Of a DNA stretch of 40,137 nucleotides, positions 16,630 to 23,578 are shown piece after piece. The notes below the pieces were generated by a model that worked only from the letters and a program-made list of their open reading frames with translations, had not been told where the DNA came from and ran no database searches. Both the position numbers and the translations under genes were made by a program. This stretch comes from a virus (Duplodnaviria; Caudoviricetes). The stretch lies in IMG/VR virus record IMGVR_UViG_3300017700_000744, positions 1 through 40,137 of that record. One strand, given 5' to 3'. Each line of letters begins with the position of its first letter. Within the stretch, counting starts at the first letter, position 1.

Positions 16630-16991
16630 GGTATTTCTTCCTCAGCAATATTCGGAGCTTCCCAGTGGAATTCGTCATTTACTACATTCAGCCCACACCA
16701 ATGCGATAAACGATCATCCTCTATATGCCCATTATGTTTAAGATAGCCGATATTGTCGATAAACCAAATAGTATCAAGGACATCTAGCCAGCGTTGAATT
16801 TGCAATAATGCGGTTGATTCATTGAATTCTTTACCTAGTTTTTCAGTATAATTAGTTATGGTTTTATCCCAAAGATTTTGGTTTTCTACGACCAATTTAG
16901 TTTCTAGTCGTTTCGATTGTGCGACTGTAATCATTCTCATTAAAAATTCCCTAGGTGGTTCATTAACTTCAATTTGTGCGTCCAAAAACAT
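16626..16991 (-). CDS. Hypothetical protein (start uncertain)
   Basis: ORF whose stop is coupled to the next gene. Confidence 0.6.
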   Translation of the reverse strand: MFLDAQIEVNEPPREFLMRMITVAQSKRLETKLVVENQNLWDKTITNYTEKLGKEFNESTALLQIQRWLDVLDTIWFIDNIGYLKHNGHIEDDRLSHWCGLNVVNDEFHWEAPNIAEEEIP

Positions 16992-17137
16992 ATCTGGAAT
17001 ACTATGGATAAAGCAACTTGCGATTCATAATCGTAACTCCACGAAATAACTAAAGAATCTGAACCGAACCAAAAAATCATAATCAAACAATAAGCAGAAT
17101 ATACAAATCCTGCTACTATTAAGTAATCTGTAATCAT
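16940..17137 (-). CDS. Small membrane protein
   Basis: Hydrophobic; ATGA coupling. Confidence 0.55.
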   Translation of the reverse strand: MITDYLIVAGFVYSAYCLIMIFWFGSDSLVISWSYDYESQVALSIVFQICFWTHKLKLMNHLGNF

Positions 17138-17352
17138 TTTGTTTTTCCTTTTTTAGCAGCTTTCTTTTTGGCTGGTTTGACTAGTTTGGCTTTTTTATCC
17201 AATGGTGCGCAATTTGGGTCAAAAAAACTACCAAATTTTCTTAACGGGGCCCAGCCAAAATCATAGTAGGGTCTACCACACACAGAAATATCCTGAACAG
17301 TGAATTCTAGCGTAAATCTTAGCTTATCGCCTTTTTTAAATTTTGGTTTCAT
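17134..17352 (-). CDS. Small basic protein with KPAKKKAAKK tail (paralog of 18751..18957)
   Basis: MKPKFKKGDK start and identical C-terminus. Confidence 0.75.
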   Translation of the reverse strand: MKPKFKKGDKLRFTLEFTVQDISVCGRPYYDFGWAPLRKFGSFFDPNCAPLDKKAKLVKPAKKKAAKKGKTK

Positions 17353-17855
17353 TTGATTTGCAGATTCTGTTTAGTTTTAATTGCACATCCCAAAACAAGA
17401 TCCCCTCCATCTATAGATTTTTTAATTAATTTTTTATCTGCTACATATTCTACTTCTTCTCTTACAAGATCAGGTCTCAGTTTATGAAGCATTTCTAGCT
17501 CACAATTTATTTCGACAGAACTAGATTCCCGCCAAGATATTTTAGCTCTTGAATCGGAAAGTTTTTTACCTTCCTCAAGAGAAGCTTTGATATACTCTTC
17601 CAGGCGCTCCGCAAGGGCAAGTTTATGTTTGCGGTCTTGGGTGAGTCGGTCGGCCTGTTTTTTGTGTTCGATTGCATCTAACTCTAGATCTTTAATCCAA
17701 CATGCTAAATCTAGAATCTTTCTGTCTCGCTCTCCCTCAATAGCCTCTAGTTGTAGAACCAGTTCATCATTGAGAATTTCTCCTGTCTCTTGGTCTATTG
17801 TTTTATCAAGAATAGAATAGTAGTCATTGGTTAGTTCGTATAGTCGTTTGTGCAT
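17349..17855 (-). CDS. Siphovirus Gp157-family protein
   Basis: LYELT, ETGEI, coiled coil, ISWRES.SVE, DKK.IK and NLQIK. Confidence 0.85.
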   Translation of the reverse strand: MHKRLYELTNDYYSILDKTIDQETGEILNDELVLQLEAIEGERDRKILDLACWIKDLELDAIEHKKQADRLTQDRKHKLALAERLEEYIKASLEEGKKLSDSRAKISWRESSSVEINCELEMLHKLRPDLVREEVEYVADKKLIKKSIDGGDLVLGCAIKTKQNLQIK

Positions 17856-17856
17856 T

Positions 17857-18150
17857 TTATTTTTCTCCCACTAGTTCAGATAGATTGGATTTGAAATAAA
17901 TTGAATGTAATATACAATCGTTATCTTCGCAGTGGACTAGGCTGGAGCCGTCAAATGTAAACTTCTTCCTTATCTCATCCAAAAACTTCCTTTCGTTAGG
18001 TGTGCAGGTTGGTTGATTAGCTAGATATTCTAAAAACCCAATCATATTGTTCTCTAAATTTAAGTCTTCAAAAATGTCGATACTTCGATAACTAAATGGG
18101 GGAAACTGATTGTTGTAGTTATACACTGCTTGTTTAAGTTGTTCATTCAT
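17857..18150 (-). CDS. Hypothetical protein, PTCTPNERKFLDEIR family copy 3
   Basis: Start MNEQLK; shared anchor and C-terminus. Confidence 0.75.
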   Translation of the reverse strand: MNEQLKQAVYNYNNQFPPFSYRSIDIFEDLNLENNMIGFLEYLANQPTCTPNERKFLDEIRKKFTFDGSSLVHCEDNDCILHSIYFKSNLSELVGEK

Positions 18151-18154
18151 AATA

Positions 18155-18754
18155 TTAAAATGGTATGTCGTCCACTTCCTCACCCATATCACTCCAAGAA
18201 GGAGTTTCAGGAGATCCAAGATTTTTATATTCTGGACTCGCTTTGATTTTATCTTTTTGGTAATCCGGTAAAGAATCAAAAATAGTTTTATCAAATGAAT
18301 CTAGTGATAGATATTCGGATGGATTCTCTTGTGCTGGAACAGTCATCCCTTTCGGAAGAGCGGCAACACTGGCAATTTCCGCGTACCCTTTTTCGTTGTG
18401 AATAACCATTAACAGGCACGCAACACCGAGAATAGTTTTTAGATCAAAACCATCTAGTTCTTGTTCAGTAAACGGCTTCCCTCTCCAGGATTGTAAATCT
18501 TTGGTAAGGTTTGCTTTCTCGCTTAATGACATTGTATATTCCTTGCTAAGAACATGCGCTTGTTCCCCCTTCTCTTCACTGAAAACTTTACGCTCATTAG
18601 GCAGCTCCCATTTAACTAAAACTTTCCTACTACGTTTTGGTTTACCTGCAAATGTATATTCTTGGGTTCCAAGATCAATTAACCCGATACATCTAGCTAC
18701 GTGGTTCCCGGCTGGGCACGGTTCACTCTGAACTCCTGTTGATTTAATTATCAT
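18155..18754 (-). CDS. Putative single-stranded DNA-binding protein (phage OB-fold type)
   Basis: PAG.HVARC...IDLGTQ, YTMSL.EKA.L..DL.SWRG and acidic DDIPF tail; adjacent to Gp157. Confidence 0.7.
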   Translation of the reverse strand: MIIKSTGVQSEPCPAGNHVARCIGLIDLGTQEYTFAGKPKRSRKVLVKWELPNERKVFSEEKGEQAHVLSKEYTMSLSEKANLTKDLQSWRGKPFTEQELDGFDLKTILGVACLLMVIHNEKGYAEIASVAALPKGMTVPAQENPSEYLSLDSFDKTIFDSLPDYQKDKIKASPEYKNLGSPETPSWSDMGEEVDDIPF

Positions 18755-18957
18755 TTTGTTTTTCCTTTTTTAGCAGCTTTCTTTTTGGCTGGTTTGGCTA
18801 ATCTGGCTTTTTTATCGAATACTTTTGTGCTTGTAACTTGGAATTGAGGGAAAGTGACAAAGTAATAACTTTCCCTTCCTGGCAATAATGTCACATCAAC
18901 TATTGTCCCTTCCGTAGTAACCATAAATTTGTCGCCTTTTTTGAACTTTGGTTTCAT
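18751..18957 (-). CDS. Small basic protein; first gene of the leftward block (paralog of 17134..17352)
   Basis: GAGGAG RBS before MKPKFKKGDK. Confidence 0.75.
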   Translation of the reverse strand: MKPKFKKGDKFMVTTEGTIVDVTLLPGRESYYFVTFPQFQVTSTKVFDKKARLAKPAKKKAAKKGKTK

Positions 18958-18979
18958 TTGATTTATCTCCTCTGGGTCA

Positions 18980-19057
18980 ATTTCTAAAACATCAAATAAA
19001 TCCGTCAATCTGTTTTTAATATTTTTGTTTACAGTTTGGATATGGTGCCAATATCTT
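18980..19057. promoter_or_regulatory. Divergent promoter region
   Basis: Leftward TTGACG (19008-19003) N16 TAGAAA; rightward TTTACA (19028-19033) N15 CAATAT or N18 TATCTT. Confidence 0.5.
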
Positions 19058-19072
19058 GGTATTACCGATAAT

Positions 19073-19309
19073 ATGACAAAAGAATTATCTTTAAATACTA
19101 AATTCCAGGTAAATGATAGAATTATCCCTGACAATGAATCGGGAAATTGGAGAATTGAGAAAGTTGGCACTAAATGGGCAATTGCACGGTTGGGAGACTC
19201 TGAGATTAAAAGACGTATTGGATTAGTCTATTTGGTAAATGTTTTTACTCCTCTCCGAAGAGGGTTTTGGGACAAAACAGTCTATAGGGTGTATAGGAAT
19301 GAAGATTAA
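19073..19309 (+). CDS. Hypothetical protein
   Basis: First ORF of the rightward island. Confidence 0.55.
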   Translation: MTKELSLNTKFQVNDRIIPDNESGNWRIEKVGTKWAIARLGDSEIKRRIGLVYLVNVFTPLRRGFWDKTVYRVYRNED

Positions 19310-19541
19310 TAAGAATGGTTGTGACTATTGTAAAAATGGGGAATTTGACGAATATATTTTTCCAAATTACGGGCTACCTCCGCACAGACATAATTTATCA
19401 AAAACTGGTTCGTTTATTGGTTCAACTGTTTTCACGCCTGAAAAAATAGATGAACATATGACTATACATGAAGATGGGATGTGTACTTATTTCTGTCCAA
19501 CGAATGGGTGCCCAAATTCAAAGGCAATGCGTACAAAATGA
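19299..19541 (+). CDS. Cys-containing hypothetical protein
   Basis: AGGA RBS; CDYC, FPNYGLPPH and CTYFCP. Confidence 0.65.
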   Translation: MKINKNGCDYCKNGEFDEYIFPNYGLPPHRHNLSKTGSFIGSTVFTPEKIDEHMTIHEDGMCTYFCPTNGCPNSKAMRTK

Positions 19542-19867
19542 ATATATATAAATCTCGACGCATACTTTTTTTCAAAGAGCAAGACTCAACTTTATTTTTT
19601 TGGGATAATTGGGATAATAGAGCCATTGCTTTCACATGTAATTATGCAGGTAAAAAATATTGGTGGAATATTAAATTGCCATGGGTACCCCTTGTTTATA
19701 TTTATATGAAATCAATGTTTTGTAATACAACATATGAATACGAATTACGCAAATTATGGAAAAATAAACTTATCGAGTCAAAAAATAATTATTTAAAGAA
19801 GAAGATTCGATATGAGAAAAGGATTATTGTTTTAATGTTTCGAAAGATGGGAGATATTAAATTATGA
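19538..19867 (+). CDS. Hypothetical protein
   Basis: ATGA coupling. Confidence 0.55.
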   Translation: MNIYKSRRILFFKEQDSTLFFWDNWDNRAIAFTCNYAGKKYWWNIKLPWVPLVYIYMKSMFCNTTYEYELRKLWKNKLIESKNNYLKKKIRYEKRIIVLMFRKMGDIKL

Positions 19868-20004
19868 GATTATGGTATTGGTGGAAAAGACTATGTGGCT
19901 GGGAGCCAGGGACTTGGGTCGAATACGGAGAGAAATATAACGTTAGAATATGGTATCTTCGTAAGGGAACTGATTATTTTGTTTATAAAGATGAAATAAT
20001 ATAA
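19864..20004 (+). CDS. Small Trp-rich protein (46 aa, absent from ORF track)
   Basis: GGGAG RBS; ATGA coupling. Confidence 0.5.
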   Translation: MRLWYWWKRLCGWEPGTWVEYGEKYNVRIWYLRKGTDYFVYKDEII

Positions 20005-20011
20005 ATTTTAC

Positions 20012-20039
20012 TTGTCTTATTTGTCTTCTATTCCATTAT
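20012..20039 (+). promoter_or_regulatory. Promoter-like site for the tRNA-like RNA (TTGTCT-N16-CATTAT)
   Basis: Places the start site near 20046-20047. Confidence 0.45.
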
Positions 20040-20046
20040 GTAGTCT

Positions 20047-20153
20047 TGGGAGTTGCCGGAATTGGTAGACGGTGGCATGGATTGATCACCATACGCGGGT
20101 ACAGGCGGAGAGAGCATTGTATCGTCCAGGTTCGAGTCCTGGGCTCCCAACCA
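20047..20153 (+). tRNA. Aberrant 107-nt tRNA-like gene, isotype not assignable
   Basis: Acceptor TGGGAGT/GCTCCCA+ACCA; D arm CCG-GAATTGGTAGA-CGG; T arm CCAGG-TTCGAGT-CCTGG; non-canonical anticodon arm and long extra arm. Confidence 0.75.
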
Positions 20154-20168
20154 GTTTAAGGAGATTTA

Positions 20169-20447
20169 CTGAACCCAAAAATTCGCTCTCGTATCCGATC
20201 TGCCATACGCAAAATATGGTGGATGTATTCAGACTCTCGTAAGGAGGCGCTGAAACGTGTTAAACTTGCGAGAGGATTAGGTTGGCTATGCGAGAGTTGC
20301 AAACAGCCAACAAAAAAGCCGGAAGTCGATCATATAGAGCCTGTTGGTAGCGGCTCATGGGATGATATAATAGAACGAATGTTTGTAGAATCTGAAAAAT
20401 TAACTGTGCTTTGCAAACAATGTCACCAAAGAAAAACAAAAAAGTAA
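20169..20447 (+). CDS. HNH endonuclease (probable CTG start)
   Basis: IRSAIR, CESC, EVDHIEP and LTVLCKQCH; AAGGAG RBS before CTG. Confidence 0.8.
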   Translation: MNPKIRSRIRSAIRKIWWMYSDSRKEALKRVKLARGLGWLCESCKQPTKKPEVDHIEPVGSGSWDDIIERMFVESEKLTVLCKQCHQRKTKK

Positions 20448-20460
20448 ATTACACTAGAAT

Positions 20461-20513
20461 AATATATACATTACATAGAATTTTGACAGTCTTTTTTGTG
20501 TAATATATATATT
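20461..20513. terminator. AT-rich hairpin between convergent blocks
   Basis: AATATATACATTACATAGAA pairs imperfectly with TTTTGTGTAATATATATATT. Confidence 0.5.
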
Positions 20514-20922
20514 ACGATACTCCTGGGATCTTAAATTTAGTTTTTAAGAAAATATAACCTGCCAAAAAAACTACTCCAAATCCGAGCAGCCCAAAAATCC
20601 ACCAGGCTAAGCCTGATAATCCATCCGACTTTCCAGCATCACGCGCACAGGCAGCAAGCTGTGTTTGCAGTTCTTGAATTTTCTTACCTTGGTTAGCCAC
20701 TATTTTATCTCGATCAGAAAGAAGAATCCGAAGAGATTTGTTCTCTTGTCGTAAGGATTCAATAATTGCGAGAGTGCTTGATTTCTCTTGCGGCGTCATT
20801 GTTCCCGAATTTTCGATTTCTTCAATTTTGGCGTCAATAACCGGGTCAAGTTTTGAATCTTCGGTGTGTTGAATTGTAGAGCAAGTGATGATAAATATAA
20901 GTAAAATGATAAATTTCTTCAT
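20512..20922 (-). CDS. Candidate unimolecular spanin (N-terminal lipoprotein signal, coiled coil, C-terminal TM)
   Basis: MKKFIILLIFIITC signal; C-terminal LAWWIFGLLGFGVVFLAGYIFL plus basic tail; end of the lysis cassette. Confidence 0.6.
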   Translation of the reverse strand: MKKFIILLIFIITCSTIQHTEDSKLDPVIDAKIEEIENSGTMTPQEKSSTLAIIESLRQENKSLRILLSDRDKIVANQGKKIQELQTQLAACARDAGKSDGLSGLAWWIFGLLGFGVVFLAGYIFLKTKFKIPGVS

Positions 20923-20931
20923 TTGTCTAAT

Positions 20932-20956
20932 AAAAAGCCCCCACATATGCAGGGGC
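20932..20956 (-). terminator. Intrinsic terminator after the metalloprotease gene
   Basis: GCCCCTGCATATGTGGGGGC followed by TTTTT on the minus strand. Confidence 0.65.
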
Positions 20957-20965
20957 AAGAAAAAT

Positions 20966-21526
20966 CTATAAATCTCCGATAAAATACTTATGCACTTTCC
21001 AAGCAAATGGTAAATATTTCAATCGTTCTCGTTCAGAGTCGGACGGGGACAAAACGCCTATTGTCGGGTACATTATATCATTTGAATTCTCGCTATGCAT
21101 AAATCCAAATGTATGTCCTAACTCATGAGCAAAAATAGCAACGCGTTCGTCTCTATTCAACCCGTAGTAACTAGCCCGGCGGATTAAGATTGTTTGATCG
21201 TCTAGGCTAGGAGGTGAGGCACCGAGTTGACCTTTATTGGCTAGAAAACTTTTACAGCCAATAGTGACGTCTCCACCGTTCCACTTCATTCCGTTCCTGT
21301 CACAATCTCCATCAGAAAAAATAATCCAATTTTCTCCTGGTTGGCGTTTTTTGTTTGCCAGTTCTACGGTTCCAATCACTCCCCACAATTTAAACGCACT
21401 CTCTAGGTTTACTTTCCTGTCGAGTCGTTCAATATCCATCAACAATTGAAGAGAATCTTTCTCCCCGCCATTGTTACGGCATCCTACGGCACCTACTATC
21501 ATTAGCAGCCAAATCATTTTTTTCAT
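20966..21526 (-). CDS. Lipoprotein metzincin (matrixin/M10-like) zinc metalloprotease
   Basis: HELGHTFGFMH zinc motif and DIMYP Met-turn; lipobox AVGC; AAGGAG RBS. Confidence 0.85.
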   Translation of the reverse strand: MKKMIWLLMIVGAVGCRNNGGEKDSLQLLMDIERLDRKVNLESAFKLWGVIGTVELANKKRQPGENWIIFSDGDCDRNGMKWNGGDVTIGCKSFLANKGQLGASPPSLDDQTILIRRASYYGLNRDERVAIFAHELGHTFGFMHSENSNDIMYPTIGVLSPSDSERERLKYLPFAWKVHKYFIGDL

Positions 21527-21594
21527 CCCTTAATCTCCTTAAATTATAAATCGGTTAAAATGTATAATTCCGAAAAAACTTTTTATTGAAAATG

Positions 21595-21710
21595 AAATAA
21601 AAACGCCACGGAGGTACGACTCCGAGACGCGCCACTTACCTGACTAGATTTTGTTAAATCCTAACTGAGAGTATGTCCGCTCTCTGGCATTAAGGAGGGT
21701 GTAACTAATC
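21595..21710 (-). ncRNA. Putative sRNA-2 (about 115 nt) with anti-SD CCUCCUUA
   Basis: TTGACT-N15-TACAAT (21743-21717); hairpins GAGAG/CTCTC and GATTT/AAATC; terminator stem 21603-21630 plus T-rich tract. Confidence 0.55.
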
Positions 21711-21746
21711 AATAATATTGTAATAATTCAACTATGCAGTCAATAC

Positions 21747-21815
21747 AAAAATGCCCGCAATTGCTCACGGGCTAAGATTTGGCTTGTCTCTAGGCTTCCT
21801 AGATTCGTTCGAAAT
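21747..21815 (-). ncRNA. Putative sRNA-1 (about 65 nt), or terminator of the lysis transcript
   Basis: TTGACG at 21847-21842; hairpin TCTAGG-AAG-CCTAGA; GCCCGTGA-GCAA-TTGCGGGC followed by ATTTTT. Confidence 0.45.
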
Positions 21816-21849
21816 TAAATAAAACTATCTCAAATCCGGTACGTCAATC

Positions 21850-21978
21850 TTATTTAAACAACTTCCCGCCATGCATATATAGTGCAGTGCACACACCAGA
21901 CCCTAGAGCAATAAGACATAATTCGAACCAGATGCTGAATCTAAACAAATAATAGTAGCTTTTAATTTTATGATTCAT
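21850..21978 (-). CDS. Small hydrophobic protein (42 aa, absent from ORF track)
   Basis: MNHKIKSYYYLFRFSIWFELCLIALGSG...; overlaps the holin gene end. Confidence 0.45.
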   Translation of the reverse strand: MNHKIKSYYYLFRFSIWFELCLIALGSGVCTALYMHGGKLFK

Positions 21979-22234
21979 TTTGCTTTTTACCAAACATTTT
22001 GACACTCCATTCTTTCAGAGTCGGGAAAAACCCTAAAACTCCTATTGCAATGATAGTGTGCCAAACAGAGAACAATAATATAATTTGACCTTTATCATTA
22101 AATCTTCTATAAATAATTGCATCGGGATAGGATTCTGTAGGGAATACAATCATCAATATCAGTCCAGCAAATGCAATGATCCCCCCGGCTAATCTCCAGA
22201 TATTCGATTCCCTAAAAAAGCTCCTCTCTGTCAT
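21968..22234 (-). CDS. Candidate holin (two TM helices)
   Basis: Two TM segments and a basic C-terminus; directly downstream of the endolysin candidate. Confidence 0.6.
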   Translation of the reverse strand: MTERSFFRESNIWRLAGGIIAFAGLILMIVFPTESYPDAIIYRRFNDKGQIILLFSVWHTIIAIGVLGFFPTLKEWSVKMFGKKQNES

Positions 22235-22828
22235 CTATTTATCCTCATACGTTATTGCTCGTCTTAATGTTGCGTCCTCTGCCTGTTGCCAGGTTTCGGA
22301 TATGGAACATTTTTTTTTCTTTTCTGGAGTGTTGTACGGAGGCTCACCCCAAGAATCATTGCATTTAAACATTTCCAGAATATCATCCGATTCGTGATAT
22401 GAACGCCAATGCCCGTCTTTCGTCCATAAACCACCTACTGCAACAGGGCGCCCCGTTCTCTCTATTGCATCATGAATAAACCTTGCATCATTTGGAATCG
22501 CCCACGCTTGAGCCACTACCGGAATTTTATACTCTTCTAATAGTCTATTGATAGCAATAGCATGATTTTTGTAATTCATTATGTCTGATCGGCGCACACT
22601 ACGATCTAACTCTACTGCCAATAAAGGAATAATTAAACTGTAGTATGTCCAAGTATTTGGAATTTTTAAATCAATATCGAATTCCTGGATAATGGAGATG
22701 AGAGCGTTCTCGTTGGAATTTCCCTGACACATTGCACCCCCAGAAATATCCACTCCGTTCCAACTCCACGGAAAATCATTTCTTTGACTGTTCTCAGGAT
22801 AAGAGAATTTCACTCGTACAATAGTCAT
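22235..22828 (-). CDS. Peptidase C39-like (papain-fold) protein, candidate endolysin
   Basis: SQRND, MCQGNS, GRPV, GHW and NDSWG give a Cys/His/Asp arrangement; next to holin and spanin candidates. Confidence 0.65.
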   Translation of the reverse strand: MTIVRVKFSYPENSQRNDFPWSWNGVDISGGAMCQGNSNENALISIIQEFDIDLKIPNTWTYYSLIIPLLAVELDRSVRRSDIMNYKNHAIAINRLLEEYKIPVVAQAWAIPNDARFIHDAIERTGRPVAVGGLWTKDGHWRSYHESDDILEMFKCNDSWGEPPYNTPEKKKKCSISETWQQAEDATLRRAITYEDK

Positions 22829-22968
22829 TTCCCCACCCTATAAATAAGTTTACCGTTCTTTATTAAAGGCTTGAGTTTGGCCCTCTCAAGAAACTCTCTG
22901 AACATTAATCTCTCAGGATCACAGAAATCCAAATACCCACACTCTCTACGTATCAATAGACTATCCAT
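22825..22968 (-). CDS. Small hypothetical protein (47 aa, absent from ORF track)
   Basis: MDSLLIRREC...YRVGK; ATGA-coupled to the endolysin candidate. Confidence 0.5.
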   Translation of the reverse strand: MDSLLIRRECGYLDFCDPERLMFREFLERAKLKPLIKNGKLIYRVGK

Positions 22969-23059
22969 TACATAATAACCTTACCCCAATGGAAATCAAC
23001 ACTAATACATCCAATAGCAGCATACTACACACGGCAACCACATATATTTTAGTACTCAT
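22961..23059 (-). CDS. 32-aa hydrophobic peptide, first ORF of the lysis operon
   Basis: GAGGG before the ATG; single TM-like stretch. Confidence 0.4.
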   Translation of the reverse strand: MSTKIYVVAVCSMLLLDVLVLISIGVRLLCNG

Positions 23060-23068
23060 GCCCTCAAT

Positions 23069-23095
23069 ATTCTATTGTAACTGTAATTTAATCAA
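23069..23095 (-). promoter_or_regulatory. Lysis-operon promoter-like site TTGATT-N15-TAGAAT
   Basis: Directly upstream of the leftward lysis ORFs. Confidence 0.5.
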
Positions 23096-23521
23096 TCATT
23101 TTAACACTAAATAAGATAGGAATATGTGCTCGCTGCGCTCGCACCCTCTACATATTTTAACCACTTTACCCATAGAGACAATACCAATACAGCAATAACT
23201 CCTAGACAACTAGTCACCAAGACACAGTAAATACTAGCTAGTCCGTTCAATTGTTGAACACAGGAGAATACTGGCTTTAGTAAACCCCTCTTTCTATCTA
23301 CAGATAACCGATCGGTCACTGGTAACAAATGGGGCACACTCTATCCCTGTAACCCAGTAGAGACCAGTAGCCTGATACACCAGAGCCCCAGCTACAGAGC
23401 TACACGGTACAGCCAGAGAGCAGCCAATACAGCTAGCCCGGTAAAGCACCCCCCATCTGGGGACAATGGGTAAGGTTGAGGTAGAAAGTCCACCCAAGCG
23501 CTACGGGGAATTTCCTGACAA

Positions 23522-23578
23522 AATGGCAGTTGACAAGACAAAGGTAACCTGGTAGAACTGGATAATGGCAGTTGACAA
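23522..23578 (+). promoter_or_regulatory. 15-bp direct repeat AATGGCAGTTGACAA x2; candidate late promoter
   Basis: Copies at 23522 and 23564; first TTGACA is followed by N17-TAGAAC. Confidence 0.5.

Noticed and set aside
7571-18009. Dispersed repeats as a CRISPR array or integron attC sites
   Set aside because: Irregular kb-scale spacing, located in coding sequence, non-palindromic, and no cas or integrase gene
4007-18731. Plus-strand ORFs in the early region (e.g. 4240..4758, 9119..9538, 17587..17820)
   Set aside because: They are antisense shadows of well-coupled minus-strand genes and lack RBSs or motifs
20081-20088. Opal-suppressor or selenocysteine tRNA implying stop-codon recoding
   Set aside because: TCA is off-centre in the loop, the fold is 7/5 rather than Sec-like, and core genes are intact with TGA used as a stop
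20932-20960. Solitary type I-E CRISPR repeat mimic (CCCC...GGGG hairpin)
   Set aside because: Repeat flanks are missing; position after a stop codon and the T-tract fit a terminator
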